Shown here piece after piece: positions 1 through 12,143 of a stretch of DNA of 64,000 bases. Within the stretch, counting starts at the first letter, position 1, and each line of letters opens with the position of its first letter. Both the position numbers and the translations under genes were made by a program. Below the pieces are notes generated by a model, which saw only the letters and a program-made list of their open reading frames with translations, did no database searches and was not told the origin of the DNA. Source of the stretch: Azolla caroliniana (lineage: Eukaryota > Plantae > Polypodiophyta); contig JBHGNT010000011.1 of the NCBI GenBank assembly GCA_043228905.1, forward strand, positions 4,526,001 through 4,590,000, read 5' to 3'.

Positions 1-2
1 CG

Positions 3-3000
3 GCGCTTGCCGATCCGTCGGTTCTCCCACGATGGCATCGACTTCCGCTGTGTCCGTGTCCCCTTGGCCTTCAGTCGATCCGACTCATCCGGATCCATCT
101 GTTGATTCGAGTCAGCTGTCTCCGACTCGTTCCAGCTCTTGTCCGAATCGGTACACTCCGATTCGACTTCCGGCTTCAGGCCTCTCACCACATCGGACCA
201 CTTCCATGTCTTGGCCTTCTCCATGCTTCCCTCGGCTTCTTCAGCCGGTGAACCGAAATCGAATTCTTCATTCAACTCCGCATCATGGTCAGTACCGTCG
301 TGATGACCTCCGCACAGCATGCACTTCTCTTCCTGAGTGCACAACTCTTCTTCACAGCCGCTTGCTCTGACCTGTTCGGATGTGTCGACTTCCTTCCTCG
401 ACTCGGCTTCCTTCATCTCCTTGTCTCCTCTTCTTCCGGCTCTCCTCTTACCGACGGGTTCAACAGTTTTTTGGCCTTTGCCCGTTTCGGTAGAGACTTT
501 GCCCTTGCTTCTCCCCCTCAAGTGCGGCACGTCGAGATGCTGAATACCAAGCATGTCGGTAAAGTGCTGCAACTTGTCCGATCCGAGCGGCTTGGTGAAG
601 ATGTCGGCAAGTTGCCGATCCGTATGAACATACCGTAGGTCAACTTCACCGCTCAGGACCCGCTCACGCACGAAGTGGTAGTGCACCTCGATGTGCTTTG
701 TGCGAGCATGGAACACGGGGTTCCTGGCGAGCTGCAGGCTGCTCATGTTATCGCAGTAAATCGGGATCGGGTTCGGTACCTCGATCCGCAAGTCTCACAG
801 CAGTCGCCGAAGCCAAATGGCTTCACAAGTGGCAACGGTAGCGGCCCGGTACTCAGCCTCAGTGCTTGACAAAGCCACTGTGGGTTGCTTCTTGCTGCTC
901 CACGCAACGGCCGCGCTACCTATGGAGAACATGTATCCGGAAGTGGAGCGGCGATCAGACGCATCGCCGGCCCAGTCAGCATCTGTGTAACCGACAAGCT
1001 CTTCGGGTATACCTCGCCGGTATAGCAGTCCCCGGTCCTTAGTGCCGCTGACATACCGTAATATATGTTGCGCGCACTGAAGGTGTTCCACAGTCGGCTT
1101 CTGCATGAACTGACTTACCATGCCGACCGGATAGCTGATGTCGGGTCGGGTGATGGTTAAGTAGATCAGGCTTCCGACAACCTGTTGGAACCGTTTCTCA
1201 TTGCAGGTCGGTCCGGAGTTGGGACGGAGCTTCTGGTTCCGATCCAGGGGTGTGGAGACAGGTCGGCAATCCGACATGCCGAACTTATACAGCATATTCA
1301 ACACGTAATGTCGTTGTGAGAGCAAAATGTCGTCGGGGGTCCGGATCACTTCGATTCCAAGAAAATAATGAAGGTCCCCCAGGTCCTTCATTTCGAATGC
1401 GTCCGACAACTGGGACTTGACGCAGTTGATTTCAAGAAGACCCGGTCCGGTGATGACTAAATCATCCACATACAAGAGTATACATACCGGACCGTCAGAG
1501 CCTTGCCGGATGAACAACGAAGAGTCCAACTTAGAGACAGCAAACCCCAGCTTACGCAACCGGTGCGTGATCTTCGCATTCCAAGCTCGGGGGGCTTGCT
1601 TCAAGCCGTAAAGCGACTTCTTCAATCGGCATACCACCGATTTGTTCATCTCCGATTGAAATCCGGGGGGCTGAGTCATAAAGACTTCTTCTTCAAGCTC
1701 TCCTTGAAGGAAGGCATTCTTCACATCCATCTGGAGAAGATGCCACCCCCTTGCCGCAGCAACCGCCAGTACCACACGAACCGTCGTCATCTTCGCCACA
1801 GGAGCGAAGGTCTCGTCGTAGTCGATTCCATGGGTCTGCGCGTATCCCTTCGCCACTAACCGGGCTTTGTACCGGTTAACAGAACCGTCGGCGTTGTACT
1901 TGACCTTGTACACCCACTTGCATCCGATCGGTTTACAGTGACGGGGAGGATCAACTAGGTCCCAAGTTTCGTTGGCATCGAGTGCCCGCATTTCTTCGTC
2001 CATAGCGGCACGCCAATTTGCGTCCTTTGCCGCTTCTGCGTAGCTCTCCAGCTCACGCACTTCTGTTACCTTAGACATGTACGCATAATGATGCGCCATG
2101 TATTCATTGTACCCGTACCGCATGACGGGATCCTTCTGGCGGGTTGATCGGCGCAACGCACCGTCACCTGATTTGAGGCCCTTCTTGGCCAGTTCGGTCT
2201 TCGTTGCCGAAGATCCGTCTTTCTCCTTTCCGGAGTCGGATACGCACCGATCCGACTCATCGTTGCCGGTTTCGAATTCCGGCATCTTCCTCTTCCCCTT
2301 CTCTTTGCGCGTGAACCGTTTCCTTGGTTCCTTGCGCGGGGAGAGCACGGCAGAGTCTCCACCACTTGCCTTCTCTTCATCTGACTGGTCCAACCGACTC
2401 AGTCGCTCGTTCTGGCCACTTAACCGCAACGATTCCGGACTCTCATCTTGAGTCCCGGCTTCATCATCCTCTTCCAAGGCTGATTCAGGCTCACTGGCCT
2501 GATCTTCCGACATTGGGTCGGGATCGGAAGTCGGAGTCGATACGGAGTACCAGGATGCCGATTCATCGAACTCGACATCCCGGCTAACTCGGACTTCCTT
2601 CGTCCGGGGGTTATAGCACTTATACCCCTTTCGCTCTGGAGCATAGCCGACGAGGATGCATTTTTCCGATTTTGCATCCAGCTTTCTCCGCTTCTGATCT
2701 GGCACATGCACATATGCTATGTTGCCGAATATCCGAAGGTGTCTTAAGTTCGGCTTGCGCCCGAAATACAGGTCATGAGCTGACACCTTGTCACCAATGC
2801 GGTTTTGTATGTAGACGGCCGTCTGGACCGCCTCCGCCCAGTAGAACCGGGGCATGCTCTTCTCCTCCAGCATTGTCCTTGCCGCTTCGACGAGTGCCCG
2901 GTTCTTCCTTTCGGCCACACCGTTTTCCTCCGGTGTGTATCTGCAGCTGAACTCTCGCCGAATTCCCTTCTGCTGCAGATAACTAGTGCATTGGCCGGAA

Positions 3001-4820
3001 AAATATTCCTTTCCGCCATCCGACCGAAGGCATTTGATCTTCCTCTCCGATTCCCGTTCCACCATCTTCTGGAGGCTCCGGAAACAGTTGAAGACTTCGC
3101 TCTTCCGCTCAATGAGGTAGATCCAAGTATGTCGAGTATAGTCGTCGATGAAGGAGACGAAGTATCGGCTCCCGCCAAGGCTTACACTTTGTGCCGGTCC
3201 CCACACATCCGAATGGATGAGATCGAGCTTGTTACGGTTCCGGTTCCGTTTGGTGGGGAATGGAAGCCGGTGTTGCTTCCCAAGTTGGCAGGCTTCACAA
3301 ATTTCAGCTCTCCGGCTGCTGAACTTCGGCAAACCGAAAACGACTTGTTTCGTTTGCAGGTCTTGAAGCCTCTGGTAGTTGACGTGGCCTATCCGCTTGT
3401 GCCATAGGTCGATGTCCGACTCGACCTTCTGTCGTTTCGCGAACAGAGCGGTGCCAATGTCATTGGTGTTGAGGATAAACATCCTCCCGTCTCTGCGCCC
3501 TTGCGCAATGACTTCGCCCTCATCCTCAATGAAGCACCTGAGGTGCGTAAACCGCACCTGCATCCCCTGGTCGACAATCTGACCGACGGACACCAGGTTC
3601 TTCGTGATCGTCGGAACGTGTAATACGTTCATCAGCTTCCCTTTCTGTCCGACGTGGCTTAGAGGGACTTCTCCGACGTGCATGATTGGGTGAGGAGTGT
3701 CATCTCCGGTTTCGACTACTCCTGGTTGATCCGGTTTCTCCAGAAAGGAGAACCACTCTTTGTGGCTCGTCATGTGGTTCGACGCGCCGGAATCAACATA
3801 CCACACTTCCTCCGTTTTGGAAGTGGTCTTCTTCATTGAGTTTGCCTTGTGATTCATCACCAAGGCTGGCCCCTTACCGGCCTTTCCGGTTCCGGATCCT
3901 CCTGATCCGTTTGCGTAGTGCGAGTTTTGTCGGCCATCCTTACCAGTCTTGCCGGATCTGGATTTGTCCGAATCGGCACGCTTTCTCTAGCACTCGCTTT
4001 CCCTGTGGACTTTTTTGCCACAGTACCAGCATTCCGTAGCGGATTTGTCTTGCCGGCCTCCGGCACCGCCTTGACTCCCCCTGCTTGTGGAAGTCCCGGA
4101 ACTGCTGTTGGCACACTCATAGTGCCTCCGTTCCTGCTCTTGCCGGCCGCCTCCATTGCGTGCCGACCCACCTCTTCCACCACGCCCACAGTGTCGATCT
4201 GTTCCCGTGTACAACATTCGGCTGTCTGGGGATGCATTGGTAGATGCACCAGCGTGGTTCTCCTCTACAAGGAGCATCGACTGTAAGTCGAAGAATGAGG
4301 GGGTATTCTCCCTTGTACACACCGCAGTCCGGAATGCTCCGAACATGGACGCCAGGCCTCCGAGACATACCTGCACCATCTCGTCTTCCTCTACGGTAAC
4401 ATTGATAGAGGCGAGCGAGTTGCAGATTTCCTTTATCCGGCCCGTGTAGTCTGCCACGGACATGTTCTTCTGTCGAACATTGCTCAACTCTTGTCTGAGT
4501 TGCAGCTTCCGGGCAGTGGTGCTTGCGGCGAAAACCTTTTTCAGGTTCCCCCAAGCATCCTTTGGTGTCTTGGCGTCACGGATGTGGCTGAGCAGCTGAT
4601 CGCCGACACTGGATGCGAAGAAGTACATCACCCTGCTTGCCCCCTGTTCCCATACCGGGAAGTCCTTGTGTGTCGAGTCGGGCGCCGCATCATTCTCTCC
4701 TTCGACATAACTCCAGTACTCGTGTCCAAGCAGGTACTGGTGCATCTTGTAAGACCAGGATGCGTAGTTGCTCCTGTCGAGCTTCTCCACCGGGAGCGAC
4801 GTAGCCATGCCTCTATCCAT
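3..4820 (-). pseudogene. Copia gag-pol polyprotein of element A; one reading frame broken by only two stops, with a C-terminal extension past RNase H
   Basis: ATG at 4820 (MDRGMATSLPVEKL). ORFs 3987-5054 and 795-3863 share a frame. TAG at 3987-3989 follows the CWYC..H..C knuckle; TGA at 795-797 is in RNase H. The frame then stays open (HARTKHIEVHYHFVRE...ADIFTKPL) to the window edge. Confidence 0.92.
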
Positions 4821-4902
4821 GTCTTCTACTGTGTCTGTTTTCGACCTGTTAGGGTTTTCTTCACAAGAGTAAATGTCTGCAGCAGAGGTTCTCAACCCTC
4901 GC

Positions 4903-4914
4903 GCTCTGATACCA
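4903..4914 (-). other. Primer binding site (initiator tRNA-Met type) of copia A
   Basis: TGGTATCAGAGC directly after the LTR-terminal CA. Confidence 0.9.
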
Positions 4915-5325
4915 TGTAAACGTAAGTGTTTGCGGAAGCGTAAAACAGAGAACAACACACACACACATAGAGAGACAGAGACAGAGACAGAGAGAGCAGA
5001 ACACAATTTCAAAATTATATCAAGACTCTGTACACACACTGTGCTAAGTAGCAATATTTATACAAGTCCTCTTGGGACTGACAGAAGTACCATGTACTTC
5101 AATGCTCACACGAGCATCTGACACTTACTACGAGACTATAGCTACCTAGTAGTCTATCCTATACTAGGCTTCCGACTAGTCTTCCGGTTACAGATTGCAC
5201 CCGGCCTCCACTGCTTGCCGGTTCGGTTGCTCACCGTCATACCGATCCGTTTCACCCGATCCGTCTCGCTTACCGGCTCCGGCTTATTCAGCCGATCCGG
5301 CTCCGGTTGAGCTTGCCGCTCAACA
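4915..5325 (-). repeat. 5' LTR of copia A (411 bp)
   Basis: Minus strand starts TGTTGAGCGGCAAGCTCAAC and ends TTTACA, adjacent to the PBS. A related LTR start occurs at 60437. Confidence 0.85.
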
Positions 5326-6010
5326 ATTTGGTATCAGAGCATTGGAGGTTCTTCAACCCGTTTCTGGCCGTCATCATACACCACAACATTCTGTTTTTTG
5401 TAACTTCTTGAAGAACAGAGAAAAGAGAAGACAAACAAGAAGTTTGCATCTCACTATGTTAAATCACTTATTGGAGTAAGCTAACCGGTTGTACTCTATT
5501 CCTGTGATTGTAACCACTTGAGGCAAGCTCCCTGTGCAACACCCGACCCAATTGTGCTTCATTCGGTTAAACGACATCCGAATAGGTCACCGGACGCTAT
5601 TCACCCGCTTGTTGTAACCACCCGCTGCAGATTGGTCTCTTGGCAACAACCAAATTCGTGCTTCATTCGGCTGATCGACATTCGGGAGGATCAATTGGAT
5701 CCGTCCCTCTCATCGTTGCAGTCATCCGAAGCAAAATCGGCCCAAACAATTGATTTCTTGTAATCGGTATTCGGCATACAATCAGAGGTTGATCGGGCTC
5801 ACTCCGACTCGGCAACATTCAAGAAGACCAGCCAGTTCTGTCCCTCAAGTTACCGGAGTCACTCCGAGCAAGTTCAGCATCAAGTATCTGAAACCAAACC
5901 GACTCGGGTTCAAAACCGACTAGAACGATATTGGGTGAGCAGACCGGCTGCACTCCACTAAGGTTCGTAGTCAACTCCGACCCGAGTCTTACCAACCGAA
6001 ACTGAAGCGG

Positions 6011-9000
6011 ATGGCATCAACATCCGGCTCATCGGAGATGAGTCTAAGGAAGTTCGACGGTTCGAACTTCAACTTCTAGAAGGAACAAATGCAAGACTAT
6101 CTCATAGTCAAGGATCAGATAGACCCGATTGAGAATGAAAATCCGCTAGAAGCATACAAGGCAAACGAGTGGCTAAAGTTGGACAGAATCGTCCGCGCCA
6201 TGATTTGGATGCACTTGTCAGACTTAGTGTATTTCACAGTGCAATCATGCTCGACAACTTTTGAACTTTGGAAAACACTGTTGGAAACTTATGAAAAGAA
6301 GGTCGCCGCAACAAAGATGTATCTGATCCGATGCCTCTACAACTTGCGGATGAAAGAATCCGATTCGGTTCAGGCACACCTCAATGAGTACGAAAGCATA
6401 AGCTCCCAAATCTCGTCTCAGGGGACGACAATCGAGGATGAACTCAGAGCAATGATACTCATGAGTAATCTCCCCTCTTCATGGGAAACTTTCATTACAA
6501 CCGTGTCCAATGCTTCAACGTCTGCCGTTAAGTACTCCGAAGTCACGAGTGCAATGCTGACTGAAGCAACTCGGAGAAAGTCTTTCGCCAAAGACTCGGC
6601 AGATGGAGCTTACATAGTACAAGGTTCGACCGACCAATCGAACAACCGGGGAAGAAGTTCTTCCCGACCGCCGAACAATCAACGAAGCCAGAGCAAGTCC
6701 CAAGACAACCGAATCTGCAACTACTGCAAGAAACCGGGACACATCAAAGCTGACTGCCGGGCACTCAAAGCAAAAACTGACAAAGCTCAGAGAGAAAATT
6801 AGAAGAGTAGCCGGCATGAGGAGGTTAACTACGTCGGCTCTTCAACCGAAATTTTGACGACTGACACGAACATATTGTCCATAGAGAAGAACCTAGTCGA
6901 ATCAGAAGTTCTGCTTACGACTGAGGAATTGAGCACATGGCTCCTGGACTCGGGCGCATCGTATCATGTGACACCTCACCGATCTCAGTTTTGACAATAC
7001 TCGGACCGGGATTCCGACTCAGTTCAAGTCGGAAACTCGCAACATTGTGCTATAATCGGAATCGGCACCGTAGAGCTCAACCTTCCGAGTGGCTCTACAC
7101 TCATATTACACAACATCTGACACGTTCCTTAGCTCTCAAGACCCTTGATCTTAGTCGGACAACTTGATAAAGCTGGCATCCGTGCCGGATTCTCATCAGG
7201 AGGGTGGACACTCCACAAAGGGAACCTCTTGCTTGCTCGAGAACCAAAGGTACATTCCATGTACCCTTTATATGTCACACTCAAAGAGAGTGACTTATTT
7301 TTTGTTGATATCCCCGTGTCATCGGTATGGCATAGATGACTTGGACACCTCAGCAAGGCCGGCATAACACACTTATCTAGAGCTGGTTACATCCCGAAGC
7401 TCTCCTTCTTGGATCACCAATTCTGCGAGCATTGCCAGTACGGCATATAGGTAGCCGCATCACACCCGACATCAGCACCAAGAGAATCAAGTCCCCTTGA
7501 TTTGGTCCACTTAGACGTCTGTGGCCGGATGCCACATCAGTCTCTCGGCGGTGCTTCGTACTTCGTCAGTTTTATTGACGACTCGACTCGGAAGGTGTGG
7601 GCTTATCGCATTAGAACCAAAGATCAGGTGTTCCCGATCTTCTCTGAATGGCTTGCAATGGTCGAAAACCAGACTGGTCGGAAACTAAAATGTCTCCATA
7701 CCAATAATGGAGGAGAATTCAAGTCTGACGAATTCGTCAAATTCTGCCAGGAACGCGGCATTCGACGTGAATATACGGCACCCTATAGTCCGGAGCAGAA
7801 CGGAATTGTTGAACGCATGAATCAGACGATTCAAGAACACATATTATCCATGCTCCAACACTCCGGACTGTCGGAGGCTCTATTTACGGCAGTACACATC
7901 ATAAATATGTTGCCAAGTAGACCTCTAGGACTTAAAATACCTCAAGAAATATGGACCGGCAGTAAGCCGAATTATGACAAGTTGAGGATCTTCAGTTGTG
8001 AGTCGTATGCTCTCATACCGAAAGACGACCGCCGGAAACTCGAACCAAGATCAAGGAAATGTGTTTTCCTTGGATATAGACCTAACGGCGAGATCAAATA
8101 CCGACTCTAGGACCCCAAGCACAGACAAATCGTCCGAAGTTCGGACGTTGTGTTCAACGAGTCGGCTATGCATAAAACAGTCGAAAGGCCTATTGAAGTC
8201 CGAAGGGTAATATTTTCCGAAGTGCCAACCTTTCATGAAGGCCCAGCCCACAATACGAGATCGGTTTCACGGGTAACCGACACCTCCTGTCCTGAATCCA
8301 CCGATTTAGCACAGCCGAATGGCTCGGCTTCCGACCATCCGACATCTATCTCAATGCGACCAGTCCAGTCATACCTCGATGATCCGAGAGACTATCGCAA
8401 CCTCCGAAAAGGTACTCTCTTGGAATTTTCTTTACCGACGCCGGCGAACAGACGTCCTACGAAGAAGCATCGGCATTTGCCGACTCAGCCACCTGGCATC
8501 TAGCCATGGAGTCGGAAGAGAATCGACATGCTCTTCCGTGTAAGTGGGTCTATCGACTAAAAGAGACGTCTGACTCGACCAACCCAAAGTACAAGGCCAG
8601 ATTAGTTGCGAAGGGATTTCGACAAGAATATGGCGTCGACTTCGATGAAATCTTTTCACCAGTGGTGAAAATGACAACCCTTTGTTTCATGCTCGGCATC
8701 GTGGCTGCCGACAACTTGGAGCTAATTCAGCTAGATGTAAATACGACATTCCTCCACGATGAACTATAGGAGAAAATCTATATGGAGCAGCCGAAAGGCT
8801 TTGTGGCATCCGGCCAGGAACATCTAGTCACCGACTCAAGAAGAGTTTATACGGCCTGAAACACGCACCTTGATAGTGGTACAAGAAGTTCGACGACTTC
8901 ATCCAGTCGGTCGGCTTCTCCAAGAGCGATGAGGACCATTGTCTCTTCACCAAAACAGCTCAAGACGGGTCTCCTATCTTTCTCATCATTTACGTGGACA

Positions 9001-9881
9001 ACATGCTCCTCTCTGGCCGACATGCCAAAGAGCTCACCGAACTCGTTCGGAAACTGCGGTTGAAGTTTTCCATGAAGAACCTCGGTCCGGCAAGACACAT
9101 ACTTGGTATGAAGATCAATCGGCATCATGATAAACGACAACTTTTCTTGTCTCAAACCGACTACATTGGACATGTCTTGGATTGCTTCAACATGTACTCG
9201 GCCAAGTTTGCCTTGACCCTACTCCCCATTAACCTTTGGTTGTCTCAGCGAGACTGCCCGACATTCGATCTGGAGGGGGAAGATATGAAGTCGGTACTGT
9301 ATACACTGGCAGTTGGCTCCCTTATGTACACGATGGTCGCAACACGGCCTGATATTTCTCACGTCGTAGGAGTCGTCAGCAGATTCATGCACAACCCAGG
9401 TCAATCGCACTGGAACGCAGTCAAGCATGTGTTCAGATATCTAGTTGGCACAAAAGACCACGTCATTCTTTTTGGCCCGAACTCAACCTCAACTCGAACT
9501 TCGCCAACTGTGTGGACATTCGGAAATTAACAACCGAATATTGTTTCAAATTTGGCAATGGAGCAATCTCGTGGAAGTCGAAACTTCAGGAGTGCATAGC
9601 CACCTCAACGACCGAAGCGGAATATGTAGTTGCGTCCAGTTCTCTATAGTGACAGTCAAGGTGTTGTTGCTTTGTCAAAAAATCCGGTTCACCACAACGC
9701 CTCCAAGCATATCAACGTTCGATATCACTTTGTTCGGGACTGTGTCATTTCAGGGAAAATCGGTCTCGAGAAGATATCCACAATCGATAATGTCGCAAAT
9801 GGAATGACCAAGTGTCTTTCGGCGGACCGCTTCCGGTCCCTTCGGCACCAGATGAGCGTAACGAAAAATCGGTCTGGTTAA
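6011..9881 (+). pseudogene. Decayed copia gag-pol of B1
   Basis: Gag with CNYCKKPGHIKADC knuckle; integrase VHLDVCG..FVSFIDD..PEQNG; [11 protein letters not shown]; RNase H DSQGVVALSKNPVHH. Many stops and frameshifts. Confidence 0.9.
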
Positions 9882-10076
9882 AGTCGAACACACAGCACAG
9901 GATGGTTTCGGACAACCGACATCGGTTCTTTGAGGATCGGCTTCAGCTCTTCCGACCTGACCGGTTCGAGCTTTTGTCTTCAGATCTTGCTGACTCGAAC
10001 AAAACCAATTTGTCCGATAAACCTTGTATATACCTGTAATTTCAGATAACCCATGTATACGCCCATTACGGGGGAG

Positions 10077-10271
10077 TGTCGAATATGAATGTATAATGAC
10101 CGTATTCACACTGTCCCTTTGGACAGCCCAAGTTTGGGCTATTTCTGTAAATAACATAAAGGGCAGTTGCCCTAAGATAGTCACTATATAAAGTGACTCT
10201 GTAACCTTTAGTTAAGGTTGTTGGTTGTCATTTGTAACTATTGCTATTAAGAAATAAAACGTTTCTTTGTG

Positions 10272-10340
<69 letters not shown>

Positions 10341-10417
10341 TGTTCATTCTCATACGTAGGTTCTTCTTCATAACAGACATTGTTTGTTCTTCCACACTGA
10401 CGACCTTGTCCCCAACA
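10077..10417 (+). repeat. 3' LTR of B1 containing a (CT)n(AT)n microsatellite
   Basis: TGTCGAAT...CCCCAACA; homologous to the LTR at 43976-44318. Confidence 0.9.
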
Positions 10418-12143
10418 GTTTGCCTATTGAAGAAATCGTTATACGGTTTAAAACAGTCTTCGAGACAGTGGTACAAGCGATTTGATTCCTTTATGGTTGG
10501 CAGCGGATACTCAAGAAGCAGTTATGACAATTGTGTCTATTTCAGGAAGACTCATGATGGTTCATTTATCTATCTACTTCTTTATGTTGATGACATGTTG
10601 ATTGTAGCTAAAAATATGTCGGATATTGAAGAATTAAAGACGCATTTGAACAGAGTGTTCGAGATGAAGGATCTTGGTGCAGCAAAAAGGATCCTTGGCA
10701 TGAAAATCGAAAGAGATCGTATTGGTGGAAAGCTGTATTTAACTCAGAAGAGTTATATTGAGAAAGTGTTGGAGAGGTTTGGTATGAAAAATGCTAAACC
10801 AATATCGACTCCGTTTGCAGTGCATTTTAAGTTATCAGCTTCTTTATCACCAAAGTTAGATAATGAAAAGAAATACATGGCAAGAGTTCCCTACTCCAGT
10901 GCAGTTGGTAGCATGATGTATGCTATGGTTTGTACGCATCCAAATATTTCACATGTTGTGAGTGTGGTCAGCAGATACATGGCTTGTCCTGGAAAATCAC
11001 ATTGGAATGCAGTGAAATGGATTCTATGATATTTGCGTGGGACTTCAAACGCTTATCTGGAGTTTGGCAAGAGTTGTAGTTCTCTAGTTGGCTATGTTGA
11101 CTTTGACTATGTTGGTGATCTTGATAAAAGAAGATCACTGACAGGCTATGTATTCACTCTAGGTGGAAGTGCAATTAGCTAGAAAGCTTCGTTGCAGCCC
11201 GTGTTTGTGTTATCAACGACAGAGGCAGAGTACATTGCAGTGACAGAGGTGATTAAAGAAGGGATCTGGTTAAGAGGCTTACTTGGGGAGCTCACTCAGT
11301 TCTTGTTATGACAAGATCGACATTTTATGTGATAGTCAAAGTGCCATTCATTTGACTAAAGATCAGATGTTCCATGAAAGAACTAAGCACATCGATATCA
11401 AGTATCACTTTGTTCGTGATGTTATTTCGCAAGGTGATATCTTAGTGAAAAAGATTTCAACTTATGAAAATCCCACAGATATGTTGACAAAGCCTCTTCC
11501 AAGAATCAAGTTCAAGCATTGCTTGAATTTGATTGGTGTTGCCGATAATTGAGTTATCTAGCAAAGGTGGAGTGAGACTACTATAAAATTCAAGTCAAGG
11601 TGGAGATTTGTTAAATGACTTGAATTAATTTTTGTGGTTTATGAAAAGCCACGTCTCTCATCTGCATGAAGTATATATAAAGGCCCATGCATGCATCATT
11701 ATCATGCAAAAGTTAGTGAAGTGAGGGCTATATATATCAAGGCCCATGCATGCATCATTATCATGCAAAAGTTAGTGAAGTAAGGGCTATATATATATAA
11801 AGGCAGCCTTAGTCATTTTAAAAGTATGACCACCAAGAGTTGTAGGCTTGTAAGATTTGAGAGAATTAGAGAGTTGGAAAACACCATTTTTAGAGAATTC
11901 TTGTGAGAGAATTGTGAGGTTATTCTCTTGGATGTTGGGTTTAATTAGAGAATAATTTCTCTAATTGTTGTAAACTCTCTGTTACATTTTCTTATAGTGG
12001 AATCACTCTCCTTTCCGTGGACGTAGGCTAATTTAACCGAACCACGTAAATACTCATGTCATTTATTTCTCCGCTCCTATATTATCATATTATTGTTTTC
12101 TATTTAATCTAATGTACTATTTGATTCGAGTGTCATCCTAACA
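10418..12143 (+). mobile_element. 3' part of copia element 'C' (RT, RNase H, 3' LTR), interrupted by B1
   Basis: [22 protein letters not shown] and CDSQSAIHLTKDQMFHERTKHID. PPT AAGGTGGAGA; LTR 11609-12143 (TGTTAAAT...CCTAACA) with an internal ~59-bp tandem duplication around TATATAAAGG. Confidence 0.9.

Larger units (their letters stand above)
1..5325 (-). mobile_element. Ty1/copia LTR retrotransposon 'A' (nearly intact; 3' end runs off the window start)
   Basis: 5' LTR 4915-5325 (TG...CA). PBS TGGTATCAGAGC at 4903-4914 (minus). Domain order gag, protease (WYVDSGASNHMT), integrase, RT (LLYVDDLVI), RNase H. Confidence 0.95.
5326..10417 (+). mobile_element. Ty1/copia element 'B1' (5' LTR displaced by insertion of A)
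   Basis: PBS TGGTATCAGAGC 5329-5340, gag from ATG 6011, protease WLLDSGASYHVT, integrase 7502-8110, RT/RNase H fragments 8500-9881, PPT GGGGGAG, then 3' LTR 10077-10417. Confidence 0.93.

Noticed and set aside
3987-3989. Programmed gag-pol stop-codon readthrough in copia A
   Set aside because: The TAG sits where Trp (TGG) commonly follows the zinc knuckle, and a second stop lies in RNase H. Simple point mutation is more parsimonious.
32-4919. Numerous plus-strand ORFs over copia A (and similar antisense ORFs over B, H, J, K)
   Set aside because: They are shadow ORFs on the antisense strand of GC-rich retroelement sequence, with no recognisable motifs.
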